DNA of 64,000 nucleotides from NCBI RefSeq assembly GCF_054482525.1, contig NZ_CM137006.1; one strand, 5' to 3'. Shown piece by piece: positions 24,229 to 33,985 of this stretch (position 1 is its first letter; each line of letters starts with the position of its first letter). The notes under the pieces were generated by a model. It saw only the letters and a program-made list of their open reading frames with translations, ran no database searches and was not told where the DNA came from. The position numbers and the translations under genes were made by a program.

Positions 24229-25950
24229 ATGCGCGCTTTGCTACCCTATCTGGCACTGTATAAACGTCATAAATGGATGTTAAGTCTTGGTATTGCGCTG
24301 GCAATTGTCACACTGCTCGCCAGTATCGGTCTGTTGACACTTTCCGGCTGGTTCCTCTCCGCCTCAGCGGTAGCGGGGGTTGCCGGACTGTACAGCTTCA
24401 ACTATATGCTACCCGCTGCGGGCGTGCGTGGCGCAGCAATCACCCGTACTGCCGGGCGCTATTTTGAACGTCTGGTAAGTCACGACGCGACTTTCCGCGT
24501 GTTGCAGCATCTGCGCATTTACACCTTCAGCAAATTGCTGCCCCTATCCCCTGCCGGACTGGCGCGCTATCGTCAGGGCGAATTGCTCAACCGCGTGGTG
24601 GCGGATGTTGATACGCTCGATCATCTTTACCTGCGCGTTATCTCGCCGCTGGTGGGCGCTTTTGTGGTGATTATGGTGGTGACAATCGGGTTAAGTTTCC
24701 TTGATTTCACCCTCGCCTTTACGCTGGGCGGCATTATGTTACTGACGCTTTTCCTGATGCCACCACTGTTTTATCGTGCGGGAAAAAGCACCGGGCAAAA
24801 TCTGACTCATCTTCGCGGGCAGTATCGCCAACAACTGACGGCTTGGCTGCAAGGGCAAGCTGAGCTGACCATTTTTGGTGCCAGCGATCGTTATCGCACG
24901 CAGTTAGAGAATACCGAAATTCAGTGGCTGGAAGCGCAACGTCGTCAATCTGAACTCACCGCATTATCGCAAGCGATAATGCTGCTCATTGGCGCGTTAG
25001 CGGTGATCCTGATGCTGTGGATGGCGTCTGGCGGCGTTGGCGGCAATGCTGAACCCGGCGCGTTAATTGCCCTGTTTGTCTTCTGCGCGTTAGCCGCGTT
25101 TGAAGCACTGGCACCAGTAACAGGTGCATTTCAGCATCTGGGGCAAGTCATTGCCTCTGCCGTTCGGATCACTGACTTAACGGATCAAAAACCGGAAGTC
25201 ACCTTCCCTGATACCCAAACTCGTGTTGCCGATCGCGTTTCGCTGACGTTACGGGATGTTCAATTCACTTATCCGGAGCAATCCCAACAGGCACTTAAAG
25301 GGATTTCTCTTCAGGTAAACGCCGGGGAACATATAGCGATTCTCGGGCGAACCGGATGCGGCAAATCAACACTGTTACAACTGCTGACCCGCGCATGGGA
25401 CCCGCAACAAGGCAAGATTTTGCTTAACGATAGCCCCATAGCCAGCCTGAATGAAGCGACTCTACGACAGACCATCAGCGTTGTTCCTCAGCGAGTGCAT
25501 CTGTTTAGCGCCACGCTGCGTGATAATCTGTTACTCGCCTCACCTGGCAGTAGTGATGAGGCTCTGGCGGAGATCTTACGTCGCGTTGGTCTGGAGAAGC
25601 TGCTCGAGGATGCAGGTCTCAACAGTTGGTTAGGTGAAGGCGGACGCCAGCTCTCCGGTGGTGAACTGCGCCGTCTGGCTATCGCCCGTGCGCTGTTACA
25701 TGATGCGCCTCTGGTATTGCTGGATGAACCTACAGAAGGCTTAGATGCCACAACCGAAAGTCAGATCCTTGAATTGCTTGCAGAAATGATGCATGAGAAA
25801 ACGGTGTTAATGGTCACCCATCGACTTCGCGGACTCTCTCGTTTCCAACAATTAATAGTGATGGACAACGGGCAAATTATTGAGCAAGGTACTCACGCAG
25901 AACTGCTTGCCAGACAGGGGCGTTATTACCAGTTTAAGCAGGGTTTGTAA
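24229..25950 (+). CDS. cydC: Cysteine/glutathione ABC exporter, permease-ATPase CydC (573 aa)
   Basis: ABC motifs GRTGCGKSTLLQLL, LSGGELRR, LVLLDEPTEGLD; start codon overlaps the cydD stop. Confidence 0.93.
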   Translation: MRALLPYLALYKRHKWMLSLGIALAIVTLLASIGLLTLSGWFLSASAVAGVAGLYSFNYMLPAAGVRGAAITRTAGRYFERLVSHDATFRVLQHLRIYTFSKLLPLSPAGLARYRQGELLNRVVADVDTLDHLYLRVISPLVGAFVVIMVVTIGLSFLDFTLAFTLGGIMLLTLFLMPPLFYRAGKSTGQNLTHLRGQYRQQLTAWLQGQAELTIFGASDRYRTQLENTEIQWLEAQRRQSELTALSQAIMLLIGALAVILMLWMASGGVGGNAEPGALIALFVFCALAAFEALAPVTGAFQHLGQVIASAVRITDLTDQKPEVTFPDTQTRVADRVSLTLRDVQFTYPEQSQQALKGISLQVNAGEHIAILGRTGCGKSTLLQLLTRAWDPQQGKILLNDSPIASLNEATLRQTISVVPQRVHLFSATLRDNLLLASPGSSDEALAEILRRVGLEKLLEDAGLNSWLGEGGRQLSGGELRRLAIARALLHDAPLVLLDEPTEGLDATTESQILELLAEMMHEKTVLMVTHRLRGLSRFQQLIVMDNGQIIEQGTHAELLARQGRYYQFKQGL

Positions 25951-25991
25951 GCTATTATTGAACGATCCGACTAGCGTGGAGTTTTGCGGTC

Positions 25992-26696
25992 ATGCGCCTG
26001 GTTCAGCTTTCTCGCCATTCAATAGCCTTCCCTTCCCCGGAAGGCGCATTACGTGAGCCTAACGGCCTGCTGGCACTGGGGGGCGATCTTAGCCCTGCGC
26101 GCCTGTTAATGGCTTACCAGCGTGGTATTTTTCCGTGGTTTTCTCCAGGCGACCCCATCCTCTGGTGGTCGCCCGATCCTCGCGCGGTGCTTTGGCCTGA
26201 ATCACTGCATATCAGCCGTAGTATGAAGCGATTTCATAAACGCTCGCCCTATCGAGTCACGATGAATTACGCTTTTGGTCAGGTCATTGAAGGCTGTGCC
26301 AGCGATCGCGAAGAAGGAACCTGGATCACGCGTGGCGTGGTCGAAGCCTACCATCGCCTTCACGAACTCGGTCATGCCCACTCTATTGAAGTCTGGCGTG
26401 AAGATGAGCTTGTCGGCGGTATGTACGGCGTGGCCCAGGGAACGCTATTTTGTGGCGAGTCCATGTTCAGCCGGATGGAAAATGCGTCTAAAACGGCGCT
26501 TCTGGTATTCTGTGAGGAATTTATTGGTCATGGCGGTAAACTTATCGACTGCCAGGTCCTTAACGATCACACAGCGTCGCTTGGTGCCTGCGAAATTCCC
26601 CGCCGGGATTACCTCAATTATCTCAATCAAATGCGCCTCGGACGATTGCCGAATAATTTCTGGGTACCACGGTGCTTGTTTTCACCACAAGAATGA
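25992..26696 (+). CDS. aat: Leucyl/phenylalanyl-tRNA--protein transferase (234 aa)
   Basis: [50 protein letters not shown]... Confidence 0.92.
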
Positions 26697-26977
26697 ATGT
26701 TTTCGGCACATTTCTCCCCAGAGTGTTATAATTGCGGTCGCAGAGTTGGTTACGCTCATTACCCCGCTGCCGATAAGGAATTTTTCGCGTCAGGTAACGC
26801 CCATCGTTTATCTCACCGCTCCCTTATACGTTGCGCTTTTGGTGCGGCTTAGCCGTGTGTTTTCGGAGTAATGTGCCGAACCTGTTTGTTGCGATTTAGC
26901 GCGCAAATCTTTACTTATTTACAGAACTTCGGCATTATCTTGCCGGTTCAAATTACGGTAGTGATACCCCAGAGGAT

Positions 26978-27199
<222 letters not shown>

Positions 27200-27452
27200 T
27201 TGTTTTACCGCCTGATGGGCGAAGAGAAAGAACGAGTAAAAGGTCGGTTTAACCGACCTTTTTATTTTGTGATATGTATGAAGTACTTTGGAAGTATAAG
27301 TCCATAACTTGTCTCGATGTAGATATACTGCACAACTTGTTTACAGTATGAGCAAACAATAATTATCATTAAAATTCTTCTTGACCGTTTTACTCCAACT
27401 CCCTATAGTAGCGCCCCGTTGCCACCCATGAGGTTTGGTAGCAAAACAATTT

Positions 27453-27540
27453 GGTGAGGTGTCCGAGTGGCTGAAGGAGCACGCCTGGAAAGTGTGTATA
27501 CGGCAACGTATCGGGGGTTCGAATCCCCCCCTCACCGCCA
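27453..27540 (+). tRNA. serW: tRNA-Ser (anticodon GGA), 88 nt with long variable arm and CCA end
   Basis: GGTGAGGTGTCCGAGTGGCTGAAGGAGCACGCCTGGAAAGTGTGTATACGGCAACGTATCGGGGGTTCGAATCCCCCCCTCACCGCCA; cloverleaf with GGA anticodon. Confidence 0.95.
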
Positions 27541-27547
27541 GATTATA

Positions 27548-27580
27548 AGCGCATGTTATTGTTTAACATGCGCTTTTTTA
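27548..27580 (+). terminator. Hairpin terminator immediately after serW (AGCGCATGTT...AACATGCGCT + TTTTTT)
   Basis: 10-bp perfect stem followed by a T-run, 8 nt after the tRNA 3' end. Confidence 0.65.
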
Positions 27581-27689
27581 TTTATCCTTCCGGACAGTAT
27601 GCCATCGGGTATGCCATCTGAAACCGGTTTATATGCCCCGCGATCATATCTTATCGGACAATTTCCGATCTTTGAGCATACTGGCAAAG

Positions 27690-28532
27690 CTATACTGCCA
27701 GCATGTCAGGATAGTGTTTTGCGATAATATCATTCAGTCTGTCAACCAGTTCTGGTTTCCTGAACGTGATGTGTGCGGAGCCCTTCTTAAAGTATCTGAT
27801 GCTGAACATCTCATCTTCATAGTCCTCTTTACCCTGAACAGACTGGATGTGGTCATCCAGACGAAGGGTGATGTTTTCCCGGTTGTCGGGGATCGGTTTG
27901 CCGCTGAACAGGTGCAGCATTCTTTCCAGGTCGGCAAGTCGATCTACCTGGTGCCCGGTGATAAGATGAAATCCCCACCGGTCCCATCTCACCAGATTGT
28001 TGACGATAATTTTACTGCCAAATTTACAGGGGCAATTAGTTTTGTAATTCCAGCTCAATCCCCTGAAGACGTTGATCACCCCTCGCTCAAACACTTCATC
28101 TTTGTTCTGGTGCAGTTGTTCAAATGTGCTCAGAATGTTCGCTTCACTGACTTCCGGAAAATTATCATACTCCAGTGACCGGTACCATGTATCACGGGCC
28201 TGTGCATCCATTAAGGAAAGCATCCCTGAACGTTGCATCAGGTCACGCCAGATTTCTCGGTCAAGATTCCGGGTAATGGCTTTCATTGCTGTTTCGGGTT
28301 TCTCCATCAGCCAGCAACCGCAGCGAAAATCCTGTTTCATGGCCCAGTCCGGGGCGGTTTTACCTCCAATACTTTCTGTCATTGATGAGATTTCAGCCAG
28401 TTGCCGGATAAGTGTATCGATTTGCAGCAGTGTACTCTTTCGTACAGCCAGAATGTGGCTGACTGAGGTTGAGCAGATAACGTCCGTATGCCCGTTGACC
28501 ACTTCCGGATGGGAGAGTGTGATTGCAGACAT
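27690..28532 (-). CDS. Hypothetical protein, tentatively DUF4942-like (280 aa); first gene of the island next to serW
   Basis: ORF with uniform codon usage and no frame interruptions; sequence resembles proteins I recall at the ends of CP4-like islands; family assignment from memory only. Confidence 0.55.
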   Translation of the reverse strand: MSAITLSHPEVVNGHTDVICSTSVSHILAVRKSTLLQIDTLIRQLAEISSMTESIGGKTAPDWAMKQDFRCGCWLMEKPETAMKAITRNLDREIWRDLMQRSGMLSLMDAQARDTWYRSLEYDNFPEVSEANILSTFEQLHQNKDEVFERGVINVFRGLSWNYKTNCPCKFGSKIIVNNLVRWDRWGFHLITGHQVDRLADLERMLHLFSGKPIPDNRENITLRLDDHIQSVQGKEDYEDEMFSIRYFKKGSAHITFRKPELVDRLNDIIAKHYPDMLAV

Positions 28533-28616
28533 AATTGATATTCCTTTTGGTTTATAAACGAAAACGCCAGCCGTATTCAGGCTGGCGTCAGTGGAATGAA
28601 GTCTGGTGAGTAAGAC

Positions 28617-28814
28617 TCACCTGTTCTGTTGCAGAAGCTGCTGTTGGCGCAGGGTACGGATATCTTCCCTGGCCTGTTCAATGCAGGGCAGCAGTGCTGC
28701 TGAATCCGTTTTATCCTCATCGTTGTCGAAGATAATCCCTGATTCGCAGTCAATATTGTCCTGCAGCCACGCAATCAGAATATCCAGCGCCGTTTCTGTG
28801 GTTAATGATTTCAT
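28617..28814 (-). CDS. Small acidic hypothetical protein (65 aa)
   Basis: MKSLTTETALDILIAWLQDNIDCESGIIFDNDEDKTDSAALLPCIEQAREDIRTLRQQQLLQQNR; compact ORF in island TA module. Confidence 0.45.
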   Translation of the reverse strand: MKSLTTETALDILIAWLQDNIDCESGIIFDNDEDKTDSAALLPCIEQAREDIRTLRQQQLLQQNR

Positions 28815-28830
28815 GTTGTGAATTTACGGG

Positions 28831-29319
28831 TTACCAGTCGAAAGTGGGGAACCCCGGCAGACATTCTGCGCCGGCGTCCAGATGAATGAGACTGACGCCA
28901 TAACGCCGGGTGAGAGTGACGACCAGACGACGGAACGTTCTTGACAGGCCCAGGCGTTTAAGCCGCAGAACCGGGTACGACCATGCATCGGTACGTAACA
29001 GATAGCCGCTGCCTGTAAAATGAATCCATTCTGTTTCGCCGTCGTCATTAGTCTGGTGTGACAGCGAGTACAGCCAGGCGTTGTCCGTTTCCGTGATATG
29101 TGCGGTACTGCAACGTATGCCGGTAAGGGTTGTTAACGGTGGTGGTGTACTGGTTGACTGCTGGTCGGATTTATCGACCACGCGGAGTGAATAACCGTTT
29201 TCAGAGACCTTGTTAATCAGTTCAGCGAGATTAACACCATCGACGTCAACGACAATGCGCCCCATGTTCAGCGCCTGCATGTTAATGCTGTCGGCTTCCG
29301 GCGTCAGGGAAAGGTTCAT
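28831..29319 (-). CDS. YeeW-like hypothetical protein (162 aa) downstream of and overlapping cbtA by 4 nt
   Basis: Position directly 3' of the CbtA-like toxin as in the CP4-44 yeeV-yeeW arrangement; 4-nt start/stop overlap. Confidence 0.5.
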   Translation of the reverse strand: MNLSLTPEADSINMQALNMGRIVVDVDGVNLAELINKVSENGYSLRVVDKSDQQSTSTPPPLTTLTGIRCSTAHITETDNAWLYSLSHQTNDDGETEWIHFTGSGYLLRTDAWSYPVLRLKRLGLSRTFRRLVVTLTRRYGVSLIHLDAGAECLPGFPTFDW

Positions 29320-29699
29320 TGTTTCGCCTCCTCCGGATGCTTGCCCAGGGTAATGTTATTTACCATTCTGTAATTGTCCCGGGTCATCAGGCCGGTCGCC
29401 CTGCGAGCCCGGAGAATATCAATGCTGTTGATTAACTGAGACGACGGGGCTCCTGCGCTGAATCCCGGCTGGTCAGTTCGTACCAGCACGTATTTTTCAA
29501 CGAGAAAGTTCACCGCGTCACACAGTGAAATCCCTGCCTCAATATGCTGCTCAATCACACGTTCATCAGCGAACGGTGTGTCATTCAACGTAAGGCCATA
29601 GTGCTGGTCCAGCAGTCGGGTGAGCAGTGTCTGCCAGATTTCAACCGGAGACGGGCAGCGCGATGCCGCCCGTACGTGTGTGTCGGGTAATGTTTTCAT
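29316..29699 (-). CDS. cbtA: CbtA/YeeV/YkfI-family toxin of a type IV toxin-antitoxin pair (cytoskeleton-targeting)
   Basis: [70 protein letters not shown]... closely resembles CbtA; start taken at the internal ATG. Confidence 0.8.
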   Translation of the reverse strand: MKTLPDTHVRAASRCPSPVEIWQTLLTRLLDQHYGLTLNDTPFADERVIEQHIEAGISLCDAVNFLVEKYVLVRTDQPGFSAGAPSSQLINSIDILRARRATGLMTRDNYRMVNNITLGKHPEEAKQ

Positions 29700-29779
29700 A
29701 CTGAAGATTTTCCTGATATGCAGATATAAGAAATGGAAAAGTGGCGTGGCTGGTGAAAGCACCAGGCCGGAGCAGAAGG

Positions 29780-30160
29780 CTATTCCGGAGGGTTACTTTC
29801 CGTTTCGGTCGCAGGATAAACAGCCAGATAAACGTAACCACAGGAGCCGAGGGTGTCGGCATCGCAGGTCAGCCCTTTCGCATACAGCGTGACGGTATGC
29901 TGATGCCGGGGATTCAGTTCACCGCTGGTGAGCATGAGTTCCAGTTGTTTCATCAGCAGTGGAAAAGCCTGGTCCAGATGGTATGCATCCGCATTGCTGA
30001 ACCGGCCTCTGATACCGGCGCGGTCTGCAAGGTAATGCAACCGGTTACCCTCCTGCACCAGACGTGCCCCGAAACAGGGCGTCACGGTGCAGGGCAGCCC
30101 CCACCAGGGGCGGTCTTTGTTGTCGTCGGGAAGCGTTGTCCCGGGGAGTGTGTCTGACAC
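29780..30160 (-). CDS. cbeA: CbeA/YeeU/YfjZ-family antitoxin (GTG start preceded by GAGGA)
   Basis: [99 protein letters not shown]... matches CbeA; reverse complement at 30149-30166 reads gaggattttatcGTG. Confidence 0.8.
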   Translation of the reverse strand: MSDTLPGTTLPDDNKDRPWWGLPCTVTPCFGARLVQEGNRLHYLADRAGIRGRFSNADAYHLDQAFPLLMKQLELMLTSGELNPRHQHTVTLYAKGLTCDADTLGSCGYVYLAVYPATETESNPPE

Positions 30161-30170
30161 GATAAAATCC

Positions 30171-30854
30171 TCACAGAAAATCGGTGAATGATAGTTTAAC
30201 GATGACGGGGCAGCCGGCGCGCAGACCGGCTTCGGTGAAGGTATATTCGTTGATGAGAAGGGCCTCATCCACAGCGGCGTCTGAGGTCAGCCAGTCGTAC
30301 TCGTTTTCCAGTTGACGGTACAACCAGAAGGCCAGGTCGCGCAGGGCTTCGCTGACTGCGGCTTCCGCATCGGTTGTCATAGCCTGACCAGTCGGACTGT
30401 TCCGGGTGACGGTGATATCCATGCAGTACGGATGGCAGTAACGTCCCCGGTGGTGGATTTCAGCCTGCAGTTGCCAGAAGTTACGCTTCTGCACCGCCTG
30501 CAGGGCATCCGCGATACGATGAAGCTCACGGTCCTGCGGGGCATACACCCCGACTCTCCTGGCTGTTGCTGACTGCCAGTGCCAGCGTCCTTCAAAACAG
30601 GCTCCGTCCCCCTGGCTGCAGAATCCGCTGAACCAGATGCACGGCTCTTCCATAAACCTGCCGTTGCTGAGCCGGATAACACGCTGGCGGAGGTCAATCC
30701 CGAAAATGCCACAGACCTCCCTGAAGTCCCCATACACGTTTTCATACCAGTTGCTGTCAGCATGATGCTGACGGTACCAGTCGCGGGCTTTTTCCTGTGC
30801 GGTGGAGGATAGCTCATTCAGTGTATACACAGTGGTGGTGATAATTCTGCTCAT
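30171..30854 (-). CDS. Hypothetical protein (227 aa), Cys/His/Trp-rich, inserted between yeeT-like and cbeA
   Basis: Long uninterrupted ORF tightly packed between conserved module genes (stop 10 bp before the cbeA GTG); no family recognised. Confidence 0.6.
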   Translation of the reverse strand: MSRIITTTVYTLNELSSTAQEKARDWYRQHHADSNWYENVYGDFREVCGIFGIDLRQRVIRLSNGRFMEEPCIWFSGFCSQGDGACFEGRWHWQSATARRVGVYAPQDRELHRIADALQAVQKRNFWQLQAEIHHRGRYCHPYCMDITVTRNSPTGQAMTTDAEAAVSEALRDLAFWLYRQLENEYDWLTSDAAVDEALLINEYTFTEAGLRAGCPVIVKLSFTDFL

Positions 30855-30872
30855 CAGAGTGCCCTTACTGAC

Positions 30873-31094
30873 TCAGTTCAGAGTGACGTTCATCAGCCGG
30901 ACATACGGGCCAAAACTGTCCTTACGGCGTTCAGCAAACACGGCCAGCACACCGGGAATATCCTGCACTTCACGACCGGTATACGCCTCAGCACTGCCGT
31001 GCCAGCGGTATTTGCCGGTACAGAAAGGAAAAAGACGGGATGCAGGATGCTGTTGGTGAATACGCATGGCTTCACCACGGGTGATGATTTTCAT
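30873..31094 (-). CDS. yeeT: YeeT/YkfH-family small protein (DUF987-like, 73 aa)
   Basis: MKIITRGEAMRIHQQHPASRLFPFCTGKYRWHGSAEAYTGREVQDIPGVLAVFAERRKDSFGPYVRLMNVTLN matches YeeT. Confidence 0.8.
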   Translation of the reverse strand: MKIITRGEAMRIHQQHPASRLFPFCTGKYRWHGSAEAYTGREVQDIPGVLAVFAERRKDSFGPYVRLMNVTLN

Positions 31095-31156
31095 AGTGTG
31101 ATACCTCTGAAGACAGAAGATAAAAGTGCAAACAAGCGTGATGTGGTTGTGACGGG

Positions 31157-31648
31157 TTAAAGCAGACCATGTTCGGCAAAGGAGAAAACCTGGTTGCCAC
31201 CGACTATCAGATGGTCCGGCACCCGGATATCCACCAGGCCCAGTGCCTGTACCAGACGTTCCGTGATAAGGCGGTCTGCCTTGCTGGGTGTGACTTCACC
31301 GGACGGGTGATTGTGCGCCAGCACCACGGCAGCGGCATTGTGGTACAGGGCGCGTTTAATCACTTCCCGGGGATGGACTTCCGTGCGGTTGATGGTGCCG
31401 GTGAAGAGGGTTTCACCGGCAATCAGTTGATTCTGGTTATTCAGATACAGCACCCGGAATTCTTCACGCTCCAGTCCCGCCATGTTCAGAATCAGCCATT
31501 CCCGTGCCGCACGGGTGGAGGTGAAGGCCACGCCGGGTTCATGAAGATGGCGGTCCAGAGTTTTCAGGGCCCGCAGAATGAGACTGCGCTCGCCGGGCGT
31601 CATCTCTCCGGGCAGAAAGGAAAGTTGTTGCATTGTGCTTCTCTCCAT
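31157..31648 (-). CDS. yeeS: RadC-like JAB-domain protein (YeeS/YfjY/YkfG family)
   Basis: JAMM-like motif region VVLAHNHPSGEVTPSKADRLITERL; position upstream of yeeT as in CP4 islands; exact start uncertain. Confidence 0.78.
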   Translation of the reverse strand: MERSTMQQLSFLPGEMTPGERSLILRALKTLDRHLHEPGVAFTSTRAAREWLILNMAGLEREEFRVLYLNNQNQLIAGETLFTGTINRTEVHPREVIKRALYHNAAAVVLAHNHPSGEVTPSKADRLITERLVQALGLVDIRVPDHLIVGGNQVFSFAEHGLL

Positions 31649-32134
31649 TCAGTCGATGATGCGCATAATGGCGCTGCATTCCGGATGCTGCAGGGCGTAA
31701 TCCCGCAACCGGTAATAATGGACCGTCATGGCATAACACTCCGTACGACAGGCATGATGACTGTACGTCATCAGACAGGCAGCAATGCCGGCAGCTTCCG
31801 GACTCATTTCAGCGCGGTTACCGTTCATGGCATTGAACAGTACCCATGTTTCGTCATCATCGTCATCCGGTTCGGGTGCCATAAATGCCCCGCCGTTGTT
31901 CAGGGTGTACAGATTCCAGATACCACCGCAGTAGTCTTCACACAGACGGTCCATCCAGCCGAAGACACGGGGCTCCAGGGCCACCCACTGTGGAATGAGG
32001 CCAAAGTGCTGCGGCCAGAAGCTGATGCGCTGTTCATCAGGGACTATGGTGGCAACCAGCTGAGGCTGGTCATTCCCTGATGCAGCGGTTACGGAAACAG
32101 AAGGAGTGGTGGAATTATGCAAGACGGTTGTCAT
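31649..32134 (-). CDS. Putative antirestriction protein (YfjX/YafX/KlcA-like, 161 aa)
   Basis: Acidic stretch PEPDDDDDETW and conserved position upstream of radC-like gene as in CP4-57 yfjX-yfjY. Confidence 0.55.
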   Translation of the reverse strand: MTTVLHNSTTPSVSVTAASGNDQPQLVATIVPDEQRISFWPQHFGLIPQWVALEPRVFGWMDRLCEDYCGGIWNLYTLNNGGAFMAPEPDDDDDETWVLFNAMNGNRAEMSPEAAGIAACLMTYSHHACRTECYAMTVHYYRLRDYALQHPECSAIMRIID

Positions 32135-32225
32135 GAGATTATTCCTTATAAAAAGTAAATGAATGGAAGAAATCCCGGGGGAAGGGACAGACGTGAGTCA
32201 GAACTGCGCTTTCAGGGAAACGGCA

Positions 32226-33044
32226 TCAGCGCATACTCTCCAGCAGCGTTTCAGCCATCACCCACAATGCGCGGTTGAGCTTAATGTCGGTGTCGATGCT
32301 GTGAATGGCACGGGTATGGATACGTTTTCCTCTGGCACTGCGACCGGAAATCCCGCCTTTCAGCATATTCTCCTGAATGGTCTGATAAGCACTCCACAGG
32401 TCCTTACCGTAATCCTCCCGGCGTCGTGGCGTCAGAATGTCGGCGGTGGTGACGGGCCGATGTTCGTCACCATAACGGTAAGTCAGTGCCGCCTGTGCCA
32501 GCGCCTGGCGTGCCGGTGGCGGCAGAATCAGCGACTGCATGGCATCACGCTTTTCCTCAATCCGGTCAAAAACCCCCACCACCTCGTAAGCCCCTTCAAT
32601 AACTTTCTCCACCACATTTCCCCGGTGCGGAACACGCACTTCCCCCAGAGACTGACCACAGACGCATCCGTTCTGACAGACGAACCTGAAGTAACCCGGC
32701 AGCATCTGGTAGCTGGAGGTACCGTCATGGGAGTTGAGCAGAATGATTTCAGGGACATGTTCTCCGTTTATCTCTCCGGCCCGCCGCAGACGCAGCATAT
32801 GTTTTGTGTATCCCCGGCGGCCCGGGTCGCGCACACGGGTCTGGCAGGCGAAGAATGGCTGAAAGCCTTCCCGCTGCAGGCTTTCCAGTACGGTGATGGT
32901 GGGAATGTACGCATATCGTTTACTGCGGGAAGTATGCCGGTCTTCACCGAAAATACTGGGAACATAGTGCATCAGTTCTTCGTGTGTCAGCGGACGGTCA
33001 CGGCGTATCTGGTTCGTATAACCAAAACGACTGGCTAGTCGCAT
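32226..33044 (-). CDS. DUF932-family protein (YfjQ/YafZ-like, 272 aa)
   Basis: Size and sequence (…CQNGCVCGQSLGEVRVPHRGNVVEKVIEGAYEV…) resemble YfjQ/YafZ of K-12 cryptic prophages. Confidence 0.55.
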   Translation of the reverse strand: MRLASRFGYTNQIRRDRPLTHEELMHYVPSIFGEDRHTSRSKRYAYIPTITVLESLQREGFQPFFACQTRVRDPGRRGYTKHMLRLRRAGEINGEHVPEIILLNSHDGTSSYQMLPGYFRFVCQNGCVCGQSLGEVRVPHRGNVVEKVIEGAYEVVGVFDRIEEKRDAMQSLILPPPARQALAQAALTYRYGDEHRPVTTADILTPRRREDYGKDLWSAYQTIQENMLKGGISGRSARGKRIHTRAIHSIDTDIKLNRALWVMAETLLESMR

Positions 33045-33455
33045 AATTTGCTCCTTATCGGTGGTTAAGATTTACTGGTGTAATAAATGAAAAAGCCACG
33101 TCTCCCGGAGAAGACGCGGCCTGATGGGTGAAATGAATGACGTTTATTGTCTGAGAAGACCGTCACTGGCGAGCCGCGTATTAAGCACCTTTCCGGCATC
33201 GGGTTCAGAATTCCGGCAGCGCCAGCGTCGCTGACCTTCCGTGTTGCGGATAATCCGACGGAAATGCATTCCCGGGTCATCCTGGATAAACACATTGCGG
33301 TAAGCTGTTATGACAGCAACCGCCTGCCCGTATGAGAAAGATCCTTCAGCCAGGACATACTCTGTGTAACCCGGCATATCTGTTTTCTCCTGATAAATAA
33401 AAAGCCTCTGCCACGCGTTGTGACAGAGGCTGAAGCATGAAACTGACTTCAGGGA

Positions 33456-33910
33456 TCAGTTAACGTTTTTTCCGGAAACGGTAATTAGCAGTGGATGGTA
33501 GTCCTGGGGATCGAAAACCGATAACGGCAGACTGACACGATGGCCGTTACTTTCTTCAGTTGCTTTAATGATTTCGGTTGTGGCGACATTTTCCACGCAC
33601 TCCGTTTCCAGAAATGCGTCTGTGGTTCGCGTGGCATTACTGTCACCAAAAGCTTCCGTTTCCATTTTTCTGGTCACCAGCGTCTGACCATATTTGTCTT
33701 TGAGTTGCAGAGTGATGGTGAGGGGCCAAATCCTTCACCGTTTCCGCCATTATCCAGCCGGAACTGGTAAGCACAAATATTTCCCGGGAGCCATATCGTA
33801 TCTGTATTGCGTATACCGATGTAACGTTGATCCTGTGCCCGGAGTGGGGCAGACCACGTTAACCCCAGAATAACGCCAGTAATAATGCAGGTTTTGAACA
33901 GGTGAATCAT
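33456..33910 (-). pseudogene. Probable frameshifted gene for a small secreted protein (two adjacent ORFs in different frames)
   Basis: ORF 33674-33910 starts with a signal peptide MIHLFKTCIITGVILGLTWSAPLRA and abuts ORF 33456-33677 in another frame. Confidence 0.3.
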
Positions 33911-33985
33911 GGTATTTACCTCTCTGAGTCATGACGATGACACTGGCAAATCAGGTGATAAAACCTAAAAGGAGCAGAACACACG

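Noticed and set aside
27541-27690. Looked for a direct repeat of the serW 3' end (island attR) and an adjacent integrase gene
   Set aside because: No second copy of the serW 3' sequence and no tyrosine recombinase ORF were apparent by eye within the window; the far boundary probably lies beyond 64 kb
28072-28557. 161-aa plus-strand ORF overlapping the DUF4942-like gene, and similar small ORFs in the TA module (29620-30157)
   Set aside because: Antisense to well-supported minus-strand genes with conserved module order; no independent support
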